The notes beneath the pieces are model-generated. The model was not told the origin of the DNA, did no database searches, and saw nothing but the letters and a program-made list of their open reading frames with translations. DNA of 64,000 bases from the human T2T-CHM13v2.0 reference genome, Homo sapiens. Shown here one piece after another: positions 38,755 through 52,403 of this stretch (its first letter is position 1; each line of letters starts with the position of its first letter). Location of the stretch: NCBI RefSeq assembly GCF_009914755.1, contig NC_060940.1; one strand, 5' to 3'. Made by a program: the position numbers and the translations under genes.

Positions 38755-40811
38755 AATCATAATTGTAATAAATTAAGGCTGGGCATTTGTTTGAAATTAG
38801 ATAGGATAAAGCCAAAGGTTTGAACAAGTTGTGGATGGTTTGTAAAAATTAATCTTACAAAATAAATGCTGTGTGTGAACACGTTGATTAAATTCAAAAG
38901 GGTATTATTTGGTTTTTCTGTAAATTGAACCTTGAAATAAAAGCACAACAAGGTTTTCTTAAGGTACTGATCTGCTCTTTAACAAGAATTTGTAAAGGGT
39001 TATAAAAGGTTTACAAGAATCTCACCTCATGGTCAAACTAGTTAAGATTGGATAGATTTATCTATAAGGTATTATTAAAAATTGGGGATGACATTAATAG
39101 TAGACTGATGCAAGGATGACATTTGACTCTGTCTTGAACAAGATTTTTATGTAATAGTAAAGGATAATGAAAGATTTTTGTTTGCCTTGCAAATAAACTA
39201 CCAAAAAAAGAAGGGAAAGGCAAGAGACAAATTGTTTGGAAAGTTGTCTTCCCTTTTAATGGGTAAAGGTTTTGTGCTTTTTAAAAAAGTTTTTGAGTCA
39301 TCATTTTGGCTAATGATAACCTGGAATTCTATTTTATAATATCAAGTGTTTTAAACCTTTAATATGTTCAGTAGGCTTCCCCAAATCGAACTTTAGCTTC
39401 AAGATTGTCTTTTTTGACCCCTAACTTTTGGATGCCATAGAGGGCCCCTGGATTATTTGACATGTTTAATTACATGGGATTGCCAAAATAAGAATAATGT
39501 TTAATCTTATTCAGGTTACATTTTAGTGAATAACATTAATATATATATTAATATATGTTCCAAAATTGTATAAGATTTCTAAAATTCTAATATCTGAGTA
39601 TATGATATCAATTATAATTAGGGTTATTATGTTAAGTTATTGTAAACCACAGAAATAACGAAATTTCTTTGTCAATTGTGTTTTTGACTGTGACTGTCTA
39701 AAGACATCTTGTGATTCACAGACAATCGTAGTCTTGTTTTGATCCTCTTCAAAAGGTGGTTTATAATCAGCTGTAGAACTTAGGTGCTCTTAAATGCATA
39801 TTTCCAATATCTTTAGATTGTGATATTAGAATAAAGGAAAAACATTCAGGACTCATGAAGAGCTGAAATATTCATGAATATCAAGCAGAGCAAGAGTTAA
39901 CTGAATGGGCTGAACTAATAGAAGACATGTAATCTGTTTAACTTTTTGCTTAAAACTTTGCTGATGTTTTGTTTTTCAGAGTCAAGAAAACTTTTATTTT
40001 GAGCTATTTACAGCTTTTAACAATTGAGTAAGGTATACTCCTGTGAACAAAATTTGGAGTGTATTTGTTCCTCTGCTGGTTTCTCTAGAATTCAGAAACT
40101 ATTTGTGAGTATTCTTATGGCAATGTAGTTATTTGCATAAGTGCAACAAGAATCCATTTTCTTTTGCAACAGGACACAATTGGAGAAACTGGTGGTTTTA
40201 CCAGTTTCTGATAGAAGGGTGTGCTTCCCTTTAAGGAATCAAGCTTGACTTGCAGAGCCAAAAAAAAGGAGAAACTGGCCTCATACCTTGTCTACACAGT
40301 CCTTGTACAGGGCTCCTAACCTGTGATGAGTAAAGAATGTCACTTTCTAACAGGTCCAGGAGCCCCAAGTTATCTTGGGACCTCAAGAAGAGAGGAATTT
40401 ACCCAACTCATAGGTATTGGAGGGTACAAACCCATTGCTGGGCTTGACTTTAAAAAGTCTTTTCTGATATTCCTTATGGAACAGAATTCCATCAGAGCCA
40501 ATTTTAAAAGCATATGTGAAAAATAATTATTCTTGCTGTACTTTATGCAAATAATCAGGCCAAGTATAAGACTAAAGTTTATTTTGCAAACAATCCTATT
40601 ATGATTTGTTTTTAACAAAAATGAAGACTGGAGAGTTTCAAAACTTATCACACTTGTCATTAAATTCTAGTTTTATTAGTTGTTTTTAAGTTTTTGTCTG
40701 TATTTTAGACTAACCCTACTTATTCTGTGAACCAACCAGTGATCTCTGGCTGAAGCTCAGAAGAAACAAGGGATGGTTAATATAGAAATCTGGATCTGGA
40801 TCAATATTCTA
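38755..40811 (+). mobile_element. ERV1 (MER4-group) internal non-coding segment without flanking LTRs
   Basis: AT-rich 2 kb with MER4-int-like motifs (gcaacaggacacaattggagaaactgg; ccccaagttatcttgggacctcaag); family and orientation by recollection. Confidence 0.6.
38936..38941 (+). terminator. COQ7: Candidate COQ7 distal poly(A) signal AATAAA
   Basis: One of three AATAAA (38767, 38861, 38936); fits a ~1.9 kb long 3' UTR (recollection, unverified). Confidence 0.5.
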
Positions 40812-40909
40812 GAGGAGGCGGAGGTTGCCGTGAGTTGAGATCATGCCATTGTACTCCAGCCTGGGCAACAAGAGTGAAACTCCATCCCAAAAAAAAAGAA
40901 AAAAAGAAA

Positions 40910-41975
40910 ACATGTTCAAACCAATCCTTGTACATGAATGCTCATAATAACTAAAAGTGGAAACAACTCATGTCCATCAACTGACGAACAAAATGGCAAT
41001 ATACCCAAACAAGGCAATCTTACTCAGCTATAAAAAGGAATAAAGTAGTGATACATGATACAACATGGATGAACCTTAAAAATATTATGCTTGGGTCCAG
41101 AGTTTCAGTATGGGAAGATGAAAATAGTTCTGGAAATGTATGACGTTGATTATTGAACAACAATGTGAATGTACTTAATGTCAATGGAATGTATTCTTAA
41201 AAATGGTTAAAATGGGGCCAGGCACAGTGGCTCATGCCTGTCATCTCAGCACTTTGGGAGGCCAAGGTGGAAGGATCGCTTGAGTCCAGGAGTTTGAGGT
41301 TGCAGTGAGCTATGAGAGCACCAGAACAGTCTAGCCTGGGTGACTTTGAGAAGAAAAAAAAAAAAGTTTAGGCCAGTTGCAGTGGCTCACGCCTGTAATC
41401 CCAGCACTTTGGGAGGCTGAGGCAGGCGCATCACGAGGTCAGGAGTTCAAGACCAGCCTGGCCAAGATGGTGAAACCCCGTCTCTACTAAAACTACAAAA
41501 ATTAGCCGGGCGTAGTCCCAGCTACTCACGAGCTGAGGCGGGAGAATCGCTTGAACCCAGGTGGCAGAGATTTCAGTGAGCTGAGATCACACCACTGCAT
41601 TCCAGCCTGGGCAACAGAGTGAGACTCTGTCTAAAAAAAAAAAAATAGTTAAAATGGCAAATTTTATGTATATTTTACCACAATTTTAAAAAATCATGCT
41701 AAGTGAAAGAAGCCAGACACAAAAGGTCACGTATTGTATTATTCCACCTACATGAAATGTCCAGAATAGGCAAATCCATAGAAACAGAAGGTAGATTAGT
41801 GGTCGTCTAGGGCTGGAGGGGCGGGGATGGGGAGAAATAGGGAGTAACTGCTAATGGATACAGAGTGTTTTTTTGGGTGATAAAAATGTTCTAGAATCGG
41901 TGATAGTTGCACAACCTATACTTAAATTTACTGGATCATACATGTTAAAATTGTGAATTGTATGGCATGTAAATT
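40910..41975 (+). mobile_element. L1M (L1MB/MC-like) 3' fragments interrupted by Alus
   Basis: atgctaagtgaaagaagccagacacaaaagg...aataggcaaatccataga.acagaa L1M 3' motif. Confidence 0.75.
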
Positions 41976-42398
41976 GTCTTAGTCTGTTTTGTGTTGCTAT
42001 AACAAAATACCCAAGACTGGGTAATTTATAAAGAAAAGAGATTTATTTATCTCACAATTCTGGTGGCTGGAAGGTCCAGGATTGGGCAGCTGTGTCTGGT
42101 GAAGGCCTCACACTGCTTCCACCAATGGTGGAAAGAGGAAGGGTAGTGGGCATGTCAAAGAGATTGAGACAGGATGCAAAAGAGTCAAACTGAGGAAGCC
42201 AGACACCTTTTAACAATGCACTCTCTTGGGAATTAACCCATTCCCAAGAAAGCGAGAACTCGCTCTTCCAGCAGGAGGACGTTCATCTATTCGTGAGGGA
42301 TCCGCCTCGATCATCCAAACACCTCCCAACACTGCCACATTGGCGATCAAATTTCAACATGAGTTTTGGTTGGGACAAACCACATTGAAACTGTAGCA
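41976..42398 (-). mobile_element. MST-family MaLR solo LTR
   Basis: tgtcttagtctgttttgtgttgctataacaaaatac...actgggtaatttataaag...aaatttcaacatgagttttgg. Confidence 0.82.
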
Positions 42399-42999
42399 CA
42401 GAGCAAAGCAATAGGAAAAATACAGGTGATTTAGTTTAGTTTTTTGTTTGTTTGTTTCTTTGTTTTAGGGTAGTTTTATGCAAATTTTAATTCTGGCTGT
42501 TAAATGAGAAAGCGATTTTGTACATTTACTACCCTTCAAGCCAGCAGAGCATGAAGAAACTTTCATCTTCTGAGACTCGGGTGCTATTTCTTGCCCTCCC
42601 ATATCAAAGCTAATTTTATAAGTACTGCAGCCGGGAGTCTTAGTCCCATAAAGCACTTTGTACAATTCTTATTAAAAACCCAGGCTGTTTTGTTTAGCCT
42701 CCCCTTCAGAATTGATGGCTGATGTTTTATGCTTCTGAGAGCTTCCAGAACAAGGCCAGAGAGATTTTTTGAATCTCCCTTTGATTGTTTTTAATTCCAT
42801 TACAGCTTGTCCTTGTGTATTAACAAGGTAATCTTGTCTTTCTCTTACTTTCCTGATCTGACCTTTTAGGGAAAATGTGATTTTAAAATTGGACACTATC
42901 CAAAGATGATGGCAGGATGAGAAAGGATATTATTCTTGCAAGCACTGTAGTTCCAAGGAGGCGATCTGAACTATAGTTCTTTGCAAGTCTTTGATTCTC

Positions 43000-44015
43000 T
43001 CATTATTCAAAGTGTGGTTCATGGACCAAAGGCAGTGGTATCACATGGGAGCATGTTAGAAATGCAGAATTTGGGAATCTCTCCAGACCTACTCAAACAA
43101 TTTGCATTTTAGAAAGATGTGGTGGTTTTAAAGTATGTCCACAAATTCCTTGATACACCTATGTTCGGTGGAGCTTGCTTCCCCTTGCCTTCCATGTGGG
43201 CTGTATTCAGTGACTTGTTTCTAACAAACAGAACACGGTGGAAATGAAGTGTGACATCCAAAGTTAGGTCATAAAAGACACTGTAAAGATTGGCCGTGTG
43301 TGGCTTACACCTGTAATCACAGCACTTCAGGAGGCCAAGGCAGGAGGTTTGCTTGAGGCCAGGAGTTCAAGACCAGCATGGGCAATATAGCAAAACCCTG
43401 TCTCTACAAAAAATAAAAATAAAAAATTAGCTGGGCATGGTGGCAGGTATATGCAGTCTTAGCTACTTGGGAGGCTGAGGTTGGAAGATCACTTGAGCCC
43501 GGGAGTTAGAGGCTGCACTAAGCTATGATCATATCACTGCACTCTAGCCGGGATGACAGAGCCAGATTCTGTTTAAAAAAAAAAAAAGACACTGCAGCTT
43601 CCATCTTTCCCCCTGGGATTACTTACTCTTGGGGAAGCTAGCTGTCATGTCATGAGGATACTCAAGCACTTAATCTGTGGAGACGCTCACATGGCCAAGA
43701 ACTGAGGCCTCCTGCCAATAGCCATGGGAGTACACCATCTTGCAAGTGAATCCTTTGGCTCCAATTCAGCCTTCAGATGACTGCAGCCCCCAACATGTTG
43801 ACTCCAACCTCATGAGCGGCCCCAAGCCAGAATCAACCAGCTAAGTCACTCCTGAATCACTCAGGAGTGATTAGACCCTCAGCAACTATTTTAGATGATA
43901 AATGTTGTTTCCAGCTGCTGAGTGTTGGGGTCATTTGTTATGCAGCAATAGGTAACCAATACACCAGCTCCAGGTGATGTGGAAGCACGTTAAAAGTGTG
44001 AGGCGCACTGAGCCA
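43000..44015. mobile_element. Nested set: MER5A > MLT1F-like LTR (43118-43963) > AluJ-like (43291-43587)
   Basis: MER5A halves flank an MLT1 LTR ending ttatgcagcaataggtaaccaataca; Alu TSD aaaagacactg. Confidence 0.72.
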
Positions 44016-44764
44016 GACCATAAACTCCTGCAAGGCAGACACCAATTTGGTCGTTTCCATGTCTTCAAGGCTTAGCGGAGTACCTGACATGCAATACATT
44101 TTTGTTGGACTAAAGACAAGGTTAAATTGCCCTGTTTTTAAAACATTAAAACTTTTTTTTGTAATAAAAATGCATGTATGCACATAGGAAAATATCCCAA
44201 CAGTGCTAAAGGGTATTTACAGTGACAAGTAAATCTCCCTGTAGACTGTTGATTAACAGTAAATTGGTAAATCTCTGTTACCAATTTCCTTCGAGATAAG
44301 CTAGTAGCAACCTACCACTAAGTGCATTTTTCTCTTTTTTTCCACCTCCAAAAGTAATACTTGCCTCAAAATCAAATATAAACTGCATATAAGTAGAAAA
44401 AGGAAAGAGAAAAATAAAAAAAGGCTCTTCTTCCAAATGTTCCCTAGAAGCAACTACTATTAATAATTCAGTGTGTATCTTTCTGGATGGTTTTTAGAAA
44501 TCTTTTATCCACATACATGTTTGAGTTTGTATTGTTCCCCAAATGGAATAATATTATGCATTGGATCTGCAATCTGTGCATTTCACTCGGTGACCTACAC
44601 TGGCCATCTTCCCAAGTCAGTTCATAGAGCTCCATCTCGTTCCTTTAATTGGCTGCCATACTCTTCTATGAACCACTGCTGACCTGACCCAGCTCCTACC
44701 ACAGCCCAGGCCTGTGGTTGAACCTCCTTGGCCTGGTTCCAGAGGCTGTAAACTTAACTACTAA

Positions 44765-44995
<231 letters not shown>

Positions 44996-45199
44996 TAACA
45001 CAGGCTTTTGGGGGCCCCCTAACGCTTAGGAGGACCATCTTTCAGAAGGAGGGACCCCTGGGAAGGAAGGACGAGCTCAAGGTTTTAACCCTTGGGAAGA
45101 TCCCATACCTCTGATAATTTAATAAAAACACCAGACCCTCATTAAGGTCCTCCTTAAGATCCCTTGATCCAGGTGATTTGAGGCCAAGAAAACACAACC

Positions 45200-45790
45200 T
45201 TTCCCAACTCAGGGAAACCAAAGACACCTTTCAAAGTGGAGCTTCAGCCTCAACACCGCTCATGTCTGGCTTCTGCGGGTTCCCGAGAAACATCCCGGAG
45301 CGCAAAGCACTTTCCCACCTCATGTGTTCAGAGCTTGAAAAGGCGCTTCTCGCCCCCAGGACGTGCGTCCTCCCACTTCTGCCTCTGAAACGGCAACCCT
45401 GAGGGGCTGAGCCCGAACACTGCAGGTTCTTTCATCCTGGATCGCGTAGAGATCGGCTCCCGGGCGCGCCAAGGGCAAAGAAGGTCTCGGGCCCTCGGCG
45501 CCCGCCTGTGTCCGGCAGAGGGCGCCCGCGCCCCACGCTGCGAACCCTGCGAGGCTCTGTTGCAAGGCCGGCGGGACAACGCCCGGCAGGAGGGCCGGGT
45601 CATTGCTGCGCGTTATATATGGTACATATGATACCCTGGCCACAATCCTCCAGTCCCGCGATCTCGACTTTGTTGAACGGGAACTGATGTCACGTGTGTG
45701 CACGGCCAGAGGCGGAGGGCTCGGCTGGCTGCTCCAGTCTGCGCCGTCCATGCGTCTCGGGTGTCCTATCCCGGAGGATACATTTTTCTT
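45200..45790. promoter_or_regulatory. Orphan CpG island or candidate lncRNA promoter
   Basis: Dense unmutated CpGs in non-repeat DNA; GTCACGTG E-box 45689-45696; TATATAA on the minus strand ~45613-45619. Confidence 0.75.
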
Positions 45791-46078
45791 TTTCAGAAAA
45801 GGGAAACAGGAAAACGGGGACGATTAGACTCTATCTAGGGGAGCCATGTGGAAAAACCAGCTTCAGGTATCAGACAACATCCAAGGGGCTGCACTGTTTT
45901 TTTGTTTTTTTTTTTTGTAAGAGACAGGGTCTTGCTATGTCGCCCAGGCTAACCATAGCTCACTGCAGCCTCTAACTCCTAGGTTCAAGCGATTCTCCTT
46001 CCTCAGCCACCTAAAGTGCTGGGGTTACAGGTGTGAACCACCATGCCCATCTAATTTTTTTTTTTTTTTTTTTTTTGA

Positions 46079-46231
<153 letters not shown>

Positions 46232-47723
46232 TAAATTTTATTTTAAGTAGAGACGGGGTTTCACCATGTTGGCCAGTCTGGTCTCGAACTCCTGACCTCA
46301 GGTGATCCACCGTCTCGGCCTCCCAAAGTGCTGGGATTACAGGCGTGAGCCACCACGCCCGGCGCCCATCTCATTTTTATTTTTATTTTTAATGACGAGG
46401 TCTCACTATTTTGTCCAGGCTGGTCTCGAACTCCTGGCCTTAAGCGATCCTGCCTCAGCCTCCCAAAGTGTTTCTTTCTTTCTTTCTTTTGAGAATTTCT
46501 CTTTATGATACTTTCTTCCCTGCACTTAAAAAAAATCCAATTATATTTCCAAAATTAGAATTTCCCAATGTTTAACCCTGGATTTTTAACTGGGCATGCC
46601 AGTCAGAATAAACCCGAGATTAAAAAAAAAAAAAAAATCTATGAATGCTCCTGCTCTATCCAGTCCTACTGAAGCAGCAGCTATGGGGCTGGGCCTAAGG
46701 GATGACCGTATTATAAAAACTCCCACAGGACCTCTGATGTGTAGCCCTGGTTAAGAAGCAATGGTTTAAGCCGGGTGCGGTTTCCAGCACTTTGAGAGGC
46801 CGAGGCAGGCAGATCACTAGAACTCAGAAGTTTGAGACCAGGCTGTGCAACACAGGGAGACCCTGTCTCAATAAATTTGGCTGGGCGCGGTGACTCACGC
46901 CTGTAATCCCAGCACTTTGGGAGGCCAAGGCGAGTGGATCACTTGAAGTCAGGAGTTCAAGACCAGCCTCACCAACTTGGAGAAACCCTGTCTCTACTAA
47001 AAATACAAAAATTAGCCAGGTGCGGTGGCAGGTGCCTGTAATTTCAGCTACTCAGGAGGCTGAGGCAGGAGAATCGCTTGAACCCTGGAGGTGGAGGTTG
47101 TAGTGAGCTAAGATGGTTCCACTGAACTCCAGTCTGGGTGACAGAGCGAGACTCCGTATCAATAATAATAATAATCATAATATTAATAATAATTTTTTAA
47201 AAAGAAGAAGCAATAGTTTAATTCCACAAAAGCATTCATCCTAAATCTGCTTCTGCTTGGATGTACTTTCCCCGCTTTACATCCTACTTGCCTGGGCTGA
47301 TTCAGGATGTCCATTCTGTCCCGCTTTTCCTGCACTGTTTTCTGCTAGGATATGACCTATTGTTCCAATTTTCTGTAACTTATTCAGTACTGTGACAGCT
47401 GGAAACATGTTTCAGACCAAGCTGTCTTTGCCAGGTGGAAACAATGGCAAACACCCATGCTTCCCATTCTGCTGGGGCGGCAGCCTCTCTATGGTATTTT
47501 CCATGCCTAATTTCTAAATGGCTTTATTGCAACAATTAAAAAAAAAAAAACCTGCACGGGAATGACACCTGTTGCACTTACTTATTGATGCTCTGTGTAT
47601 GTGTGTATGTTTAAATAAGACCACATGGGCACTTAAAGAATAATTATTGGAGTTATTCATTTGACCGCTTTAAGGGCACACATTATTCTAAGTGCTGAGG
47701 AATAAAAGAATTTTAGAACATGA

Positions 47724-47915
<192 letters not shown>

Positions 47916-49069
47916 TAGTAGAGATGAGGTTTCGCCATGTTGCCCAGGCTGGTCTTGAACTCCTGGCCCAAAGTGATCTGCTCGCCTCAGCCTCCCAAAG
48001 TGCTGGGATTACAGACGTGAGCCACCTTTGCTTCTAATAGGAAGTTATTAGCTCTGCTAAATCAGGGATCCAGAGGGCTCTTTCTTCAGGTATTGCTTGA
48101 TCCAGGAACTGAAACCAAACATTCGACTTTTCTTTCTCTTTCTCTCATTTCACTGCTTTCCACAGTGTTGATATTAGGCTCACAGTGACCCTCTCCCCAC
48201 CCCCCCGGCCCCGTGGTCCTCCTCACCTATGGCAGCAAAATGGCCATAGCACTTCTATATAGGACATCCTAACACTCCTCCATCCACAAGAAAGATGACA
48301 GTCTCTTCCTCTTGCTTCTGCAGAACACAGGGAAGCTGCTAGAATCCACAACACACACCCCTTCCCCATCTCTAGCCTTACTTTTCCCCAATCAGGTTAC
48401 ATTCCTGACCCTCCACCAATCACTGTGGACTGGGGAGGCCTGTGGAGCTCTCATTGGCCAGGCCTGGCCACATGGCTACTCCTGCAGCAGGTGGAGTGGG
48501 AAAAACTCCACCCAAGCCCGGTGGGCTGAGAGTTGGGTAGGGGTGGTTCCCACAGAGGAAGCCAGAGTCGTGTCCCAGAAGAGAGAACAGATGTTGGGCA
48601 GATCAAAAGGCCTAATGTCCCCTGAGCCCAGGAGGTCAAGATGTAGTCAGGACTTGAGAGTGGATAACAATTAGGCAGTGGGGTCAGGATGGCCTGGAGA
48701 CAGGAAGACGGAACCCAGTGGGGGACATTTAGGTAGTGCTGGTCTTGAGGGTGGGTGAAGACCTGGGTGAGAGCTCTATGGGGACCCAGAGGCAGTGTAG
48801 TGTAATGGGCTACACCACCAGTGGCGGGGATGGGAGAGGTATCCTTGCTTACCACTTACCAAGTGTTACCCAACTTCTAATGTTCTTACTTGTAAAATGA
48901 GAACACCTGGGTTGTCATGGCTGAACCTTGAAAACAATATGCTAAGTGAAGGAAGCCAGTCACAAAACACCACCTATTGCATGATTCCATTTACCTAGAA
49001 TGCCCGGCATAGGCAAATCTGTAGAGACAGAAAGTAGGCTGGGCATGGCGGCTCACGCCTGTAATCTTA

Positions 49070-49421
<352 letters not shown>

Positions 49422-49825
49422 TTACCTTTGCAGCAATGAAAATGCTCTAAAATAGACTGTGATGATGGTTGCATGACTCTGAATGTATACCTTAAATTGG
49501 TGAATTGTATGGTATGTAATTATATCTCATTAAACTTTATTTGAAGGTTAATGTATTAAGTGCTTTGGACAGTGAGTGCCTAGTCCACCCCCCCTGCATG
49601 CCTTCTCAATCCACAGGTCATAGCATCCTCTTACAGATGCAGGTCCTTGGAAGCATCACCAGCCTTCAATCATAAGTTCCCTTCATCCTGTGCTGACCTT
49701 TCTGACCAGTCCCCTCATTCAGTTCCCTTCAATAAGCCTCTTTTCCATGTGCCTCTCTTTCCTGCCAGGATAGAAATCAACTCTCCAGAAAAGAACAGAT
49801 GTTGGTGACTAATTGGAAAGGACCT

Positions 49826-50337
49826 GGGATGGTTAATTTTGTGTGTCCACTTGACTGGGCCACAGGGTGCCCAGACATTTGCTCAAACATTATTCCGGGT
49901 GTGTCTGTGAGGGTGTTTCTGGGTCCGATGAACATTATAGTCAATAGATTGAGTAAGGCCGACTGCCCTTCCTAATGTGGATGAGCCCTGTCCAATCAGT
50001 TGAAGGTTTGAATGGAACAAAAAGGCTGAGTAAGAGGGAGCGCCTCCTGTCTGACAGCCTGCAAGCCGGGACATCGTTTTCTTTCTGGCCTTCAGACTTG
50101 AATTGAAACATTGGTCTTTCTTGGGTCTCAAGTCAGTGACTTTTGCTGTTGTTGCTGATGGTTTTCTTGAGATAGGGTATCACTCTGTCACCCAGGCTAG
50201 AGTTCAGTGATCTTGGTGTGATCTTATGTCACTGCAACCTCTGCCTCCCAGGCTCAAGCAATTCTCCTACCTCAGCCCTCTGAGTAGCTGGGACTACAGG
50301 TACGCGCCACCATGCCTAGCTAATTTGTGTGTGTGTG

Positions 50338-50391
<54 letters not shown>

Positions 50392-50986
50392 TCGTGATGG
50401 GGTTTCACTATGTTGCCCAGGTTAGTCTTGAACTCCTGGACTGATACAGTTTGGCTGTGGTCCCACCAAAATCTTATCTTGAATTGTAGTTCCCCCAGGG
50501 GGAGATAATTGAATCATGGCGGTGGTTTTCCCCATCCTGTTCTTGTGATAGTGAGTGAGTTCTCATGAAATCTGATGTTTTTATAAGGGGCTTCCCCCTT
50601 TGCTGGGCACTCATTCTTCTCTCCCCTGCTGCTATGTGAAGAAGGACGTGTTTGCTTCCCCATCCACCATGATTGTAAATTTCTTGAGGCCTCCCCAGCC
50701 ATGCAAAACTGTGAGTCAATTAAACCTCTTTTCTTTATAAATTACCCAGTCTCCAATATGTATTAGCAGCATGAGAACGGACTAATACAGGGACTTAAGC
50801 AATCCACCCCTGCCTTGGCCTCCCAAAGTGCTGGGATTACAGGCGTGAGCCACTGTGCCTGGCTCAAGTCAGTGACGTTTGGACTGGAACGACACTATCA
50901 GCTCTCTTGGGTCTCCAGCTAGCCAACTGCAGATCTTGAGACTTCTCAGCTTTCATAATTGCTCTGAGCAAATTCTTTATAATAAA

Positions 50987-51038
<52 letters not shown>

Positions 51039-51085
51039 CATTGGTTCTGTGATTCTGTTTCTCCAGAGAACCCCAACAATTACAA
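49826..51085. mobile_element. Nested set: MLT2 (ERVL) LTR > antisense AluJ-like (50141-50862) > THE1 LTR (50442-50789)
   Basis: MLT2 start gatggttaatttt.tgtgtc.acttgactgggcc; Alu TSD CTCAAGTCAGTGAC; THE1 tgata...ggactaataca with 5-bp TSD tggac/gggac. Confidence 0.85.
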
Positions 51086-51706
51086 GACCTCAAGATGAGT
51101 CAGTGATGAGTTTAAGGCTGAATGACTAGGAAAACGATCAAAATATAGGACAAAAATAAGGAAGTCAAGGGAAGTGATTCATTTCAGGGGAAGTTTTTTT
51201 GTTTATTTTTTCATTCACAAACATTTATTTGGCATGTGCCCTGTGCCAGATAGAATTCCAGCCACTGGGGATTGAAAGTTCCACACAGTTGCCTAAACTA
51301 GAGGCCAACATGTATTCTTTCTTCAGCCTCACCCTCAACATCTAATTAATCTTAAAACCTGAAATTTCACCTGCTTGCATTGCTTTCAAATCTATTTCCT
51401 TGACAGGTAGAGAGGTTTGGAAGGATGATCCTCAACTCGTTGGAGTCATTGTGTCTCCCTTTCAGATCCACAGCAGTTAGTAATGATTTCACTTATAGGT
51501 CAGAAGGACCATGGACCTATTTGAGGCATTTGGAGATTTATCATATGTGAAATTAGGAAATTGAAAGTTATTGGGATTGATCAAAGCACATGAACATAAA
51601 ATATACTTCACATCTCCATACTTCTTAAGGTGATGAAGAAGGGTGTGGCTGATGATATTGTTTGTTGAGGGATCTGATAGTGTCCAAAGAAAAATTATCT
51701 GCAATT

Positions 51707-52020
51707 TTCTTTTCCCTTCCTTCCTTCTTTCCTTCCTTCTTTCCTTCCTTCCTTCCCTCCTCCCTCCCTCTTTTCTTTTCTCATTTCTTTTCTTTTCCCT
51801 CCCTCCCTCTTTCTTTCTTTCCTTCCTTCCCTCCGCCCTCCCTCTTTTCTTTTCTCATTTCTTTTCCCTCCCTCCCTTCCTTTCTTTCTTTCTTTTTCTT
51901 TCTTTCCTTCCTTCCTTCCTTCTCTTTCTTTCCTTCCTTCCTTCCTTCTCTCTTTCTTTCTTTCTTTTCTTTCCTTTCTTTTTCTTTCTCTTTCCTTCCT
52001 GCTTTTATTTCTTCTCTCTG

Positions 52021-52056
<36 letters not shown>

Positions 52057-52057
52057 C
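51707..52057 (+). repeat. ~350-bp polypyrimidine tract of (CCTT)n, (CTTT)n and (CT)n
   Basis: Read directly; expanded tail of the adjacent Alu fragment. Confidence 0.95.
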
Positions 52058-52154
52058 TGTTGCCTAGGCTGGAGTTTAGCTCACTGCAACCTCTGCCTCC
52101 TGGGTTCAAGCAATTCTCCTCCCTCAGCCTTCTGAGTAGCTGGGACTACAGGCT

Positions 52155-52403
52155 TTAGAACTGGCGGCTTTATAAGAAGAGAAAGAGAGATCTGAGCTAG
52201 CACACTCAACCCCCTTGCTCTGTGATGCCCTGTGCCATCTCGGGACTCTGCAGAGGGTCCCCACCAGCAAGAAGGCCTTCACCAGAGCGGCCCCTTAACC
52301 TTGGACTTCCCAGCCTCCATAACTGTAAGTAATAAATTATTTTCCTTGTAAATTACCCAGTTTCAGGTATTCTGTAATAAGCAACAGAAAATGGACAAAG
52401 ACA
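52155..52403 (+). mobile_element. MSTB-like MaLR LTR, 3' half
   Basis: cttggacttcccagcctcca.aactgtaag.aataaatt...ataagcaacagaaaatggac.aagaca. Confidence 0.78.

Noticed and set aside
38755-40811. Possible retroviral gag, pol or env coding
   Set aside because: No long ORF or retroviral protein motif in any frame
45320-45751. 143-aa minus-strand ORF in the orphan CpG island
   Set aside because: Stop-poor GC-rich DNA with no recognisable domain or coding evidence; only ribosome profiling or PhyloCSF could rescue it
51643-52158. 171-aa and 157-aa F/L/S/P-rich ORFs that look membrane-like
   Set aside because: Artefact of a stop-free polypyrimidine microsatellite
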